From the IMG/VR virus record IMGVR_UViG_3300042886_000689: DNA of 64,000 bases; one strand, given 5' to 3'. This DNA is from an uncultured virus (IMG/VR IMGVR_UViG_3300042886_000689). Its lineage: Duplodnaviria > Heunggongvirae > Uroviricota > Caudoviricetes. Positions within the stretch are counted from its first letter, which is position 1, and each line of letters opens with the position of its first letter. The notes below the pieces were generated by a model, which was not told where the DNA came from, searched no databases, and saw only the letters and a list, made by a program, of their open reading frames with translations. Below, piece after piece: positions 9,573 through 18,264 of this stretch. Made by a program: the position numbers and the translations under genes.

Positions 9573-9984
9573 ATGGATTTTAGGTTTGGTTGTGATGATG
9601 GTGTCATTAGTGGCATTTTCTCAAGTAGACGTTACCCCTATTGCAAACAACGATGCAGTTGGGTCAATTTTTGCAATCGTTAGCAAATTGTTGGTTGGAA
9701 AGCCGACTCTATCAGTTGTTAGTTTAGTAATAACTCAGCTTGTGATCATGATTTTGAGAACAAACTGGCTTGATAATGCTGTTGGAAAAGTAAAAATGCC
9801 GATCATTACAGGTGTTGCTATCTTGATTCCAGTTTGCACTTTCTTTATTGCTAATCCAAGTGCTTCTTTTTCACAAGTAATTGCTGATGGTGCTACCCTC
9901 GCAGCTTTACAAGTGTTTGGGCATCAAATCTTCTTGCACGTTGCTGGGGATAAAAAAGATACTGTTAATAGCATTAAGGCTTAA
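9565..9984 (+). CDS. Membrane protein (several hydrophobic helices), possibly holin-like
   Basis: GGAGG RBS; signal-like N-terminus plus about 3 hydrophobic segments. Confidence 0.55.
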   Translation: MIKWILGLVVMMVSLVAFSQVDVTPIANNDAVGSIFAIVSKLLVGKPTLSVVSLVITQLVIMILRTNWLDNAVGKVKMPIITGVAILIPVCTFFIANPSASFSQVIADGATLAALQVFGHQIFLHVAGDKKDTVNSIKA

Positions 9985-9989
9985 TAATT

Positions 9990-10015
9990 GTAGGGCTTCG
10001 GCCCTACTCTTTTTT
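9990..10015 (+). terminator. Intrinsic terminator between convergent blocks
   Basis: gtagggc-ttcg-gccctac followed by a T-run. Confidence 0.8.
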
Positions 10016-10333
10016 CTCTTGAGCGAAGTTAAATCCTGCCGCCCAAGATGCGTATGACTCAATAACTCCCAGTGTATCAGATAAGCTATTTTCGACCTCT
10101 CCTACCCTGTCATCATCTTCGTCTTCACTCTCAATCGACATAACTTGAAAACCTTCGGCTTCATAAAAATTGATTTCGTTGTTTTTATTTTCGTAATCGA
10201 GGGGATAGTTAAAAACGAGGTAATCGCCCCCATTGTATTTATTACACTCTAGGCCATCGGTGGACTGGCTACAGATAATTGTCTCCATGGCAAAGAGGGG
10301 CATGGATAACATGACTAGAAGGGCAAATTTCAT
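10004..10333 (-). CDS. Secreted acidic hypothetical protein
   Basis: Signal-peptide-like MKFALLVMLSMPLFA. Confidence 0.65.
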   Translation of the reverse strand: MKFALLVMLSMPLFAMETIICSQSTDGLECNKYNGGDYLVFNYPLDYENKNNEINFYEAEGFQVMSIESEDEDDDRVGEVENSLSDTLGVIESYASWAAGFNFAQEKKE

Positions 10334-10798
10334 GTTTATTTCCGTTTTTGAAGTTCTTTGAGTATCTTTAGCTGAACGTGCATAAAAAACGTGCCAAGGA
10401 CGATATAAAGCCCTTGAACCGCTAAATAGACTTTGCCGCCACTTGTGAGATTATTTAGATGCTCGGAAATAAAATTCATTTGACGCATCCGATCTTATGT
10501 GATTTTATGGATATGCGTAGTTCGGACTCAATGCTTGTCATTTTGCCCTCCTCTCAAAAGGCCCTATTATTTAGGGCCTTTTATTTTCAAAGCACTTTTT
10601 CGATTCAATTCAAAATATTTAAATTGCTTAATTTCTCTCAGGTGAGACTTATCGGTTCCTCTGGTAACTCTAAAAAAAGAATAGCCAAAGAAAAAACCAA
10701 GAAACAATACTTTTAGAAATTCAAATTCGATTTGATACAAGTGCATGATGCCCATCCATTCAAAAGTTAATTACAATTCTTATTCATTGTTTCAACTT

Positions 10799-11149
10799 TT
10801 AGTCGTTTTCGTCAATAGCAACAAATTCTAGTGACTTAGAGAAAGCTTCAACCTTCTCATTAAATCTTATCACTTTTTGTTTTACATCATACTTACATCT
10901 TCTTCCGGCCATCTTGCAAAGCTTGAGGATTGCAATCTTCCATTCAGCAAAGTTTTCGGCTTTGGTGCAAATCATTCCGAATCTTTCCTTGTCCCATTCT
11001 TCTTTTTCAATATCTCTTGAGTTATCTGATAATGTTTTAAAGCAACTTGCTCCATACGGGCCAGCATCTCCGCACCATTCAGAGTCTTTAATTTTTACCT
11101 GACTACAACTTAATAGTAATAAGCTTATGAAGCCTATCTTTAAATTCAT
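10799..11149 (-). CDS. Cys-rich lipoprotein, possible o-spanin-like protein
   Basis: Lipobox-like LLLLSC after MNLKIGFIS; overlaps the upstream membrane/coiled-coil gene. Confidence 0.55.
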   Translation of the reverse strand: MNLKIGFISLLLLSCSQVKIKDSEWCGDAGPYGASCFKTLSDNSRDIEKEEWDKERFGMICTKAENFAEWKIAILKLCKMAGRRCKYDVKQKVIRFNEKVEAFSKSLEFVAIDEND

Positions 11150-11444
11150 CGCGAGCCTTTTGTAGTTCTTCATCTGTGCTTCCTTTCTTTATTACTTCAT
11201 CAAACTTTTCCACGGCTTCAGTATATTTTTTCTCTTGATACTCAGTCTTAAGTCCTATCATTAAAAGCTCGCCCTCTTCTTTTAATTCGTCGTAAAGAAC
11301 AGAGTAGAGTTTTTCAGCAATATAGATAAAAACAGGATTAACAACTGGAAAGCCTAGTAATGGAATCGAAATAATCACCTTGGCCATGGCCTTCTTGATC
11401 AGAAGGTCAAAGATCATTTTCTTGGCAATTTCATTTGGATTCAT
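11103..11444 (-). CDS. Membrane-associated coiled-coil protein, possible i-spanin-like protein
   Basis: Hydrophobic segment near the N-terminus and charged helical C-terminus; overlaps the lipoprotein gene. Confidence 0.45.
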   Translation of the reverse strand: MNPNEIAKKMIFDLLIKKAMAKVIISIPLLGFPVVNPVFIYIAEKLYSVLYDELKEEGELLMIGLKTEYQEKKYTEAVEKFDEVIKKGSTDEELQKARDEFKDRLHKLITIKL

Positions 11445-11733
11445 TTTCTTCCTGTTTCTTCGGGGCTTTGTAATTTGTCTTTATGATGGGATTTGATTTT
11501 TTATTGTGCTTGGAGTTTTTCTTACCTAGACCGCGCTCCTCTAAAAGCTCTCTTAATTTCTTCTCGTTTCTATGCTCAATTTTGATGTTGGCAATGTCTT
11601 TTAATTTGGCCATCAGTAGCTCCCTATCATCTCGTCTTTGAGATGCCTTCTTCTTGCGAAGAATACGTTTAAGAATAATCACCAAGGGAAAATAATCACA
11701 TTCCACTAGCAATAGACACAATATAATTCTCAT
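11431..11733 (-). CDS. Basic hypothetical protein with KSNP motif
   Basis: Lys/Arg-rich; HNKKSNPIIK. Confidence 0.55.
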   Translation of the reverse strand: MRIILCLLLVECDYFPLVIILKRILRKKKASQRRDDRELLMAKLKDIANIKIEHRNEKKLRELLEERGLGKKNSKHNKKSNPIIKTNYKAPKKQEENESK

Positions 11734-13345
11734 CTTGAGAACATAGCTTTAAGAATTCTTCTTCGGCATAATCAATTGCATCGGGTAAATTGGAGAAATA
11801 TTTAATGTTTTGCGTTTTGGTGCCTGTACCTGATTCAACAATGAATTGCTTTTTATCTTCCATGAGTTTCACGTTATAAAAAGGAAAGTCAGGAAGCTCT
11901 AGGTAGACGTAGTGACCAATAAGGGATTTATAAAGCTGCCACTTTACTTTGATTTTAAAATGCTCAACTCTTGCTACTCTATGCGACTTTGCAATCCTCA
12001 TAGCCGTTTGACTTGATTGCAATTCATATATTCTTCTATCAACCGATTCGGGGTCATAGTCATGTTGGGCATTTCTTGTCCTGTAATCATTGGCACGAAT
12101 TTCTAGGGCCTGAGAAAGGTTTAGTTTTCCACCATCTCGCGTACCATATTCTCTTGGCCCTTTGCGAGGGTTTGATTTAGTCTCAATAATGCTTAAGAAC
12201 CGATAGCGTCCCTTTTTAAGCTCCACGAACTTCTTATCCATTTTAATTAAACCATTCTCATGTTGTCTTTTCATCTTGTCTAAATAATCAATGTCACCAA
12301 TCTGGAAAATCGACCAATGTGATTCATCAATAGGGGTGAGAATTATCTTCTCTGGCTTGTTGTAACAGTATTGAGCTATGAGTTTTTTAATTTCATCGAG
12401 AGATGGAGCCGAAGCGAGTAGTTTTAATTCTTCTTTTTTCACTGGATTGTTCTTTGTTTGTGGCCTGAATGAGTAGCGTTTGGCCATATCTGTTTCAAAT
12501 TTCAACTTGTCTTCATCTAAATGGGAAAGTTCTTTATCTTCCATTAGCTCTTTCTTTGAAATTATACCGTCTACATAATCAAGGATTTTTTGTTTTGTAT
12601 TAGGAGATTTTACAAAAAGGCTTCCGCTATTTAGATACTTGTGCCTTTGAATTGGTAAAATGACCAGATTCATCAGCTTTGCTTTATCAATAACGATTGC
12701 TTTTACGGCATAATTCATCAAAAAAGCCACGCCCATTCTTGTGCGGCCACTAATGGTTTTATAAGTATCACCATCTTTTACAATCATTGGCATATAAAGG
12801 GGTTTGTTACTTCTAAAGCTTTTAGCAAGACCAAAAACATCTTTTGGTGGTGCCATATAGGCCAGCTTTGACTTTAAATCGTCTAGGTCATCAGCTACAT
12901 AATAATCAGGATTTCTTGGATTTAATTGATCTTTAGTTATTTTCTGAACACTTGAAATTTTTGGCAACATTTCAAACATAGTGTCGCGCCATTCTTGCTC
13001 ATCGGCTTTTTTGTTATAGGCACTACTAAAAAAGAAGACAATATTCTCAGAATCCCATTCGTGGTCAAATTCTTCTTTAGTTAATGGAATCCAAGCATTG
13101 TAGAATTGAGTAGGATTTGATTTTATTGTTTTATTCTTAGTAATCTGATTATAAACCTCAAGATAATAGGGTTTATACATAACTGGTTCCCATTCTTCTT
13201 CGTAGGCATTTTGAACGTCAACTTCTGAGAAAAAATCGTCAAAGCTCATTCCTCGAATTTCGGCAACTTCAAAGCTGGCCAAAACATCATTTTTGACCAA
13301 TGACAAAGTTTCTTTATTTAGATGCTTGATATATTTTTTCGCCAT
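11696..13345 (-). CDS. Multi-domain NP-linker protein with ParB/Srx-like domain
   Basis: KSNP, KNNP and KSNP linkers; PMIVKDGDTYKTISGRTRMGVA resembles the ParB-N core. Confidence 0.7.
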   Translation of the reverse strand: MAKKYIKHLNKETLSLVKNDVLASFEVAEIRGMSFDDFFSEVDVQNAYEEEWEPVMYKPYYLEVYNQITKNKTIKSNPTQFYNAWIPLTKEEFDHEWDSENIVFFFSSAYNKKADEQEWRDTMFEMLPKISSVQKITKDQLNPRNPDYYVADDLDDLKSKLAYMAPPKDVFGLAKSFRSNKPLYMPMIVKDGDTYKTISGRTRMGVAFLMNYAVKAIVIDKAKLMNLVILPIQRHKYLNSGSLFVKSPNTKQKILDYVDGIISKKELMEDKELSHLDEDKLKFETDMAKRYSFRPQTKNNPVKKEELKLLASAPSLDEIKKLIAQYCYNKPEKIILTPIDESHWSIFQIGDIDYLDKMKRQHENGLIKMDKKFVELKKGRYRFLSIIETKSNPRKGPREYGTRDGGKLNLSQALEIRANDYRTRNAQHDYDPESVDRRIYELQSSQTAMRIAKSHRVARVEHFKIKVKWQLYKSLIGHYVYLELPDFPFYNVKLMEDKKQFIVESGTGTKTQNIKYFSNLPDAIDYAEEEFLKLCSQDENYIVSIASGM

Positions 13346-13412
13346 GGGGTTTTCCTTATCCCATTAGTATATTCTTTGTTGTCGCTTTGCTCAACTCTGT
13401 TAGACTATTATT

Positions 13413-13928
13413 ATGAACACAGATGCTAATCCCCCACCGAATAGTAGAATCCTGCCATTTTTCATGGTGATCTTGGCCCTAACAGGAGCGTATTTTTTGA
13501 ATTTTCGTAAAGTACGCTCCTTTTCCAATCCGCGCAAGGGGGGATGGGGAAAAAAGAAAATACAAGCTTATAATGAGAAGACTGGAAGCCGCTTAAAACA
13601 TGGCGTAGACCGTGACCCCAAGACGCTTTCAGACTTAAAGAGGAAAGGCTCGTGGGCCACTAGGCACTATAAGAGAAAGAACGCAACAGGGCTGAATCAG
13701 GCCCGATTAAAGGATGAGAAAAGGGAATTAACACCTTTTTCTACTCAAGCAATCGCATGGGGCGAGAAGCCGCCAAAAACCCGAAAAGATCAGAAGAAAT
13801 TGGTAAAGCTCGGGGAAAAACTTTTAAAGACCTATCAGAAATATAAAGAAATGGGATTGAAACCGAATAGTGTACTTCCTGAATCGGTTAGAAACCAATT
13901 CAGGAAAGGATTAAGAAAGAAAGTGTAA
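13413..13928 (+). CDS. Basic protein with N-terminal TM helix and SNP motif
   Basis: ILPFFMVILALTGAYFLNF then RSFSNPRK; highly basic remainder. Confidence 0.7.
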   Translation: MNTDANPPPNSRILPFFMVILALTGAYFLNFRKVRSFSNPRKGGWGKKKIQAYNEKTGSRLKHGVDRDPKTLSDLKRKGSWATRHYKRKNATGLNQARLKDEKRELTPFSTQAIAWGEKPPKTRKDQKKLVKLGEKLLKTYQKYKEMGLKPNSVLPESVRNQFRKGLRKKV

Positions 13929-13941
13929 GTTATTGATGACG

Positions 13942-14014
13942 CAAGGAAGGTTATAATAAAAGAGTCAAGGATGACTTACTCATGGATGAGTGGCCCAAGG
14001 ACGGGCCTTATAAT
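13942..14014 (+). ncRNA. Putative CsrA/RsmA-binding multi-hairpin RNA element
   Basis: Three adjacent hairpins with ANGGA in the loop (agtca-AGGA-tgact, actca-TGGA-tgagt, ggccc-AAGGAC-gggcc) plus a fourth CAAGGA, intergenic between convergent genes. Confidence 0.6.
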
Positions 14015-14016
14015 TA

Positions 14017-14472
14017 TTAAATCTTTATTTTTCTAAAATCGTTAGTTTCGTAAAATTTTCTAAATTCTGACTTCAAATCGCTTGGAATATAATTCAATCC
14101 ATTTCCACTAAGTATGTCTTCTTTTATCTTGTACGTTAAATCGTCTGAATCTGGAATAACGAAGCAATGAAATGGCTCATTGGCATTTATGGCCGCAATG
14201 GCTCTATGCCTTCCTTCATGGCCAGTAACTTGGCCATCAAGCATTACTCGAAGATATGGAAATAAGTCGGAATCATCTTTGTGATGACTATCATATTCTT
14301 CAAAAGTGGCAACCTTCTCGCTCAGTCTTAAAATAAAGCTATCACTTGGAGTAGTTAATCGAAGAAAATCGGTGGGGCTGATTTCGATAATGCCAAGACC
14401 GTACCGATCTTGGGCATTTAGCTTGTGATATTTTGATATGTAATATGGATTTCTTCTTGTCCGATATTTCAT
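14017..14472 (-). CDS. ParB/Srx-like domain protein with N-terminal RRNP leader
   Basis: MKYRTRRNP; ISPTDFLRL; PYLRV...TGHEGRHRAIAA. Confidence 0.7.
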   Translation of the reverse strand: MKYRTRRNPYYISKYHKLNAQDRYGLGIIEISPTDFLRLTTPSDSFILRLSEKVATFEEYDSHHKDDSDLFPYLRVMLDGQVTGHEGRHRAIAAINANEPFHCFVIPDSDDLTYKIKEDILSGNGLNYIPSDLKSEFRKFYETNDFRKIKI

Positions 14473-16454
14473 TTTCTTCCGCGTTTTATTATTAATTTTC
14501 TGACTTCTCTCATTTCTTCAGGATATGACTGACCAGCAACATATCGCCACTTCCCATTGTCCTTGATTAGTCTATCGAAAATTCCAAAACGAGGGATAAG
14601 GCTTGAGTGTTTGGTCATTGCCTCTCTTACATCGTTATAAGTAGCCGCTCTACACTTATCGCAGATTAAAGAAACTAATTGATCAATATCGTCTTCTTTT
14701 AATTTCTCACGGTAATTGTTGAAGTTAATTTGCATATTAGAAGGATTTGATTTTCTTTTTGAGCGCGATCTTTTACTTGGCTCATCAGCTTCAGTGAGAT
14801 AAACATCAGTTCCCTCTAATTCGATAACGCCCATCAACTCACTGGCCATCCACTCAGCATACTCATCGGCATCAACACAGCGATTTTGATCATCGACATA
14901 GCAATCTTGATCACTATCATACTTGTAATCAGAGTCCTTAATATCAACACTTCCAAGAGAAATTTCAGCATCAAAGTATCGACCATCAATCTCGACCTTA
15001 TTTCTGACAAACGCGCTATATTCATAAACGGTATAAGACGACTTCTCAACTTCTACAGGGGTATTTTTTAGAATAGTCTGAACATTTTTAGGAAGATTTA
15101 AGAATGATGTGTAATATGTATCAGACTTGAAAGTGCTATGAAGTTTTACAGGATTCTTCTTTATCTTCTTCGGCATCTGAGAGCGATGAACAACTTTCGC
15201 TACAGCGAAACGTCCCCTATCTTCTTGGCGTGATTCTTTAAAGTCATCCATGGCATCTGATTTATATGTCCAGCGAGAGATAATTTTACCGTCCTTGTCC
15301 AATGAATAGTAATTGTTTCTGTCATCACGGTCTTCGCTGATTGGATTCCCCTTAGATACATGATCACTAGAAGCCCCAAGCATTGACTTACCCTTTTCCG
15401 TCAATCCAATAGTAATGTCTTTCGTGAACGTAAGTTTTGGATTTAGTACAGCAATTCCTGACTCAAGAAGATTTCGATAATGTTTTTTATTGTGAGCTAG
15501 GTTTCCTTTCAGCATCCATATCATGTGAGTTCCCATGCTTTGCCAGTCACAGATAAGCTCCATTTCAATTTCTGATAAGTGGATACCTTTTAGAATTGGA
15601 TTCCCCTTTCTACTCATTCCTGCCTTCTTAAGTGCAATCGCTACGGCTTGTTTCTGTGGTCGTCCCGAGTGCATAAGTTCAGAGATGTTCTGGCCGATAA
15701 CTTTACGAGATTTGCCTGAATGAAGGGGGTTTGATCGAAGCATTGCGTCTGTTATAACAGGTGGAAGGCTCCCTGATTTAAACATCTCTGGATTATCATA
15801 TTGTTCATCAAGGCTTTTATGAATGGAAAGAAACTCTCTGAATGTCTTAGGTGGTTCATAATCCATGTAGTCTTGGGCGGCCTCAGAGATGATCTCGCTC
15901 TTTTTGTCGTCAGGGTAAACTTTTTTGATAAGAACTCTGTAATCATTACCATTATACAAATCAAACATATCTTTTGTTAAAACAGGTGAGCCTTGTGCTT
16001 TTCTCATCATTCGACTAATCGGTTTCCCTAGGGTTTTTTCAGCATACCGAACAGCAATATCATGCAAATCTTCATTGCTTAATTTAATAGATGAAACTTG
16101 GACAATATAGACTTCAAAGAGGCCAACCGGCGATTTGAAAATATATTTTGAAATTCTATTTTTCTTTTTTGGGAGGGGGTTTGATTTCAGCTCAACATCT
16201 TCATTTTCTTCCCAGTCAACCAATTCACAACTGGCCCTGTCGCCATACACATCAACAACATAAGAAGCACACCCTTCGTCACAATAAAGAGAAAACTCTT
16301 TATTGTTCATGGCCACGGCATAGCAATGCCATTTACTGCCATCGACTTCAACTATAAAGTTTGCATCAACTTCACACGCCTTCTTGGTTGAAAGTGAATT
16401 TTCGACACATTCTTTAAGTGATTTAAGAGCAGAACCTTTTTTTATCGGCTTCAT
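14469..16454 (-). CDS. Multi-domain NP-linker polyprotein-like protein
   Basis: Six basic-x-NP linkers (KSNP, RSNP, KGNP, KGNP, KKNP, KSNP) separating unrelated segments of roughly 45-150 aa. Confidence 0.8.
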   Translation of the reverse strand: MKPIKKGSALKSLKECVENSLSTKKACEVDANFIVEVDGSKWHCYAVAMNNKEFSLYCDEGCASYVVDVYGDRASCELVDWEENEDVELKSNPLPKKKNRISKYIFKSPVGLFEVYIVQVSSIKLSNEDLHDIAVRYAEKTLGKPISRMMRKAQGSPVLTKDMFDLYNGNDYRVLIKKVYPDDKKSEIISEAAQDYMDYEPPKTFREFLSIHKSLDEQYDNPEMFKSGSLPPVITDAMLRSNPLHSGKSRKVIGQNISELMHSGRPQKQAVAIALKKAGMSRKGNPILKGIHLSEIEMELICDWQSMGTHMIWMLKGNLAHNKKHYRNLLESGIAVLNPKLTFTKDITIGLTEKGKSMLGASSDHVSKGNPISEDRDDRNNYYSLDKDGKIISRWTYKSDAMDDFKESRQEDRGRFAVAKVVHRSQMPKKIKKNPVKLHSTFKSDTYYTSFLNLPKNVQTILKNTPVEVEKSSYTVYEYSAFVRNKVEIDGRYFDAEISLGSVDIKDSDYKYDSDQDCYVDDQNRCVDADEYAEWMASELMGVIELEGTDVYLTEADEPSKRSRSKRKSNPSNMQINFNNYREKLKEDDIDQLVSLICDKCRAATYNDVREAMTKHSSLIPRFGIFDRLIKDNGKWRYVAGQSYPEEMREVRKLIIKRGRK

Positions 16455-16466
16455 ATATATTCCTTT

Positions 16467-16982
16467 TTAGTAATCCATTTCTTCTTCATCTCTGGTTTCA
16501 CCAATATACTCACCATCGTCATCAGTCTCGATATATCTAATTACCTTCCAGAGACAAACCAATAATGATAAACCTTGCTTTGAAAAAAATGAAGAAAGCC
16601 TATCCGCTCCCTCGATGGCCTCATCGCGATCACTAAATTGCAAAACTTGATAAGCATCAACGTCATGAATGGTTATTTCATAGTGTGTTTCGGCTTTGTG
16701 AGGATTATTTTTTCTTCTGGTGGGTTTTTTCTTTTTTGAAGCAGGATTAGAGCTACTTTTTCTAACGTCACGATTATAACAGCTACCATCTTCAAACATC
16801 ATATCATAACTGCCATCGGGTCTAATATAACAAGTGAAAAGAAAATCTCCATCATGTGTATAAAATTTTGTACCATCGTATTTATCAAAGTCAAAATCCC
16901 TGAGTGATTCTTTGATAAGGATTTCGGCTTCAAGCTTATTGTGAACTCTTTCTTTTATCATAATTACCTCTAGTATTTCCAA
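16467..16982 (-). CDS. Two-module NP-linker protein
   Basis: Central KSSSNPASKKKKPTRRKNNP linker; acidic C-terminal module. Confidence 0.7.
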   Translation of the reverse strand: MEILEVIMIKERVHNKLEAEILIKESLRDFDFDKYDGTKFYTHDGDFLFTCYIRPDGSYDMMFEDGSCYNRDVRKSSSNPASKKKKPTRRKNNPHKAETHYEITIHDVDAYQVLQFSDRDEAIEGADRLSSFFSKQGLSLLVCLWKVIRYIETDDDGEYIGETRDEEEMDY

Positions 16983-18250
16983 TCTCTTGTTCCGAAAACA
17001 TCACCCAATGAATAGCTTCCGTAATCAATCATGTTGATAAGTTCTCTAGCTTTCTTGACTTTAATTGTGTGATTTCCTTTCTCGACGTAATGGCCAGAAC
17101 CATTCATGCCATCATGGATATAAAGAACACAAGTCCCACCAATAGAGATTGACTCATCTCTCATAACGGCTTCATATAATTCTTCTGACTCATCAGTAAT
17201 GATTGCTATTCCTAGTGTTCCACCTTGAGAGTTTAAATACACTTCTTCACAGTCAGCCTTTGAAAAGCCATGCTTCATTCCAAGTTTGATAACCTTTTTA
17301 AGCTCGTTTTTTGCCTCTTTTCCAGCATTGTATGGCCCCGCAAGATAATTATCTTCCGAGTAATATTTCGAGCCCGACCTGTAACCTTCAAGCGAGTTTG
17401 GGTCAGTGACAAACAAAGGAGATGGGAATTTCCAGTTATAATTTGCAAGTTCTTCATACTTAAAACGCATTTCATCTCTTAGATCAAACGCTAATTCAGA
17501 ATCAAGGTCTTCCAGTTCTTCAAATTCCTCTTCGGCATTTTCCTTCACCCAGTAATTAGCGTTTTCTGATGCCATATCAGCTACACCATCGAGCAATTGA
17601 TAATTATCAGTTCCAACATCTTCGCCCGACTTGAGTGCATCTACATAATCTTCGATTTCAATTTCGCCATCTCTATAATCAAAAACGTCCCATGAATAAT
17701 GCTTATCAGAGTTGAATTCTTTGATAATACTATTGTAAAGCTCTTTAGCTCTTGATTCAGGGTTTCTTCTCATTCGCGGATTTGATTTTGTTTTCTTGCT
17801 ATAAAACTCAGCTTTTAATTTGCTTGCTTGTTCTAATTTTTTAATGGCCTCTACTCTAGGCAGAGACTCAGCTTGCTTTAGCAAATTATTATACCTTTTA
17901 ATGAAAGAATCTTTTGTCATTGAGCTTGGATTCTTCTTAATCTTTCTCTTTGCCCAAGTAATTCCATCTTTAAATTCCATATCGCCTAAATACCATTGAC
18001 CTTTAACCTGAGAAATTCTCGGAAAATCCATTCCAAGCATATATTCAAGTTGAGTAAGGGCATTATTAATAGCTGTTTTGGTTGTTGGAGTTTGCCAACC
18101 GCCTGAAGTAAGCCTGATGCTTCCCTTGTTCTTGTCGTAAACAACCACGTTTGTTTGGTGAAGTGTTACAATGATTTCATTGGGAGAATTAGTGATTCTA
18201 ATGTTTCCGAATTTTTTAGATTTTCCAATGTCAAATGATCTTGCGCTCAT
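16970..18250 (-). CDS. Multi-domain NP-linker protein with acidic C-terminal module
   Basis: N-terminal GGWQTPTTKTAINNAL module; KKNP, KSNP and RRNP linkers; Asp/Glu-rich C-terminus. Confidence 0.75.
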   Translation of the reverse strand: MSARSFDIGKSKKFGNIRITNSPNEIIVTLHQTNVVVYDKNKGSIRLTSGGWQTPTTKTAINNALTQLEYMLGMDFPRISQVKGQWYLGDMEFKDGITWAKRKIKKNPSSMTKDSFIKRYNNLLKQAESLPRVEAIKKLEQASKLKAEFYSKKTKSNPRMRRNPESRAKELYNSIIKEFNSDKHYSWDVFDYRDGEIEIEDYVDALKSGEDVGTDNYQLLDGVADMASENANYWVKENAEEEFEELEDLDSELAFDLRDEMRFKYEELANYNWKFPSPLFVTDPNSLEGYRSGSKYYSEDNYLAGPYNAGKEAKNELKKVIKLGMKHGFSKADCEEVYLNSQGGTLGIAIITDESEELYEAVMRDESISIGGTCVLYIHDGMNGSGHYVEKGNHTIKVKKARELINMIDYGSYSLGDVFGTRDWKY

Positions 18251-18264
18251 ATATTCTCCTTAAA

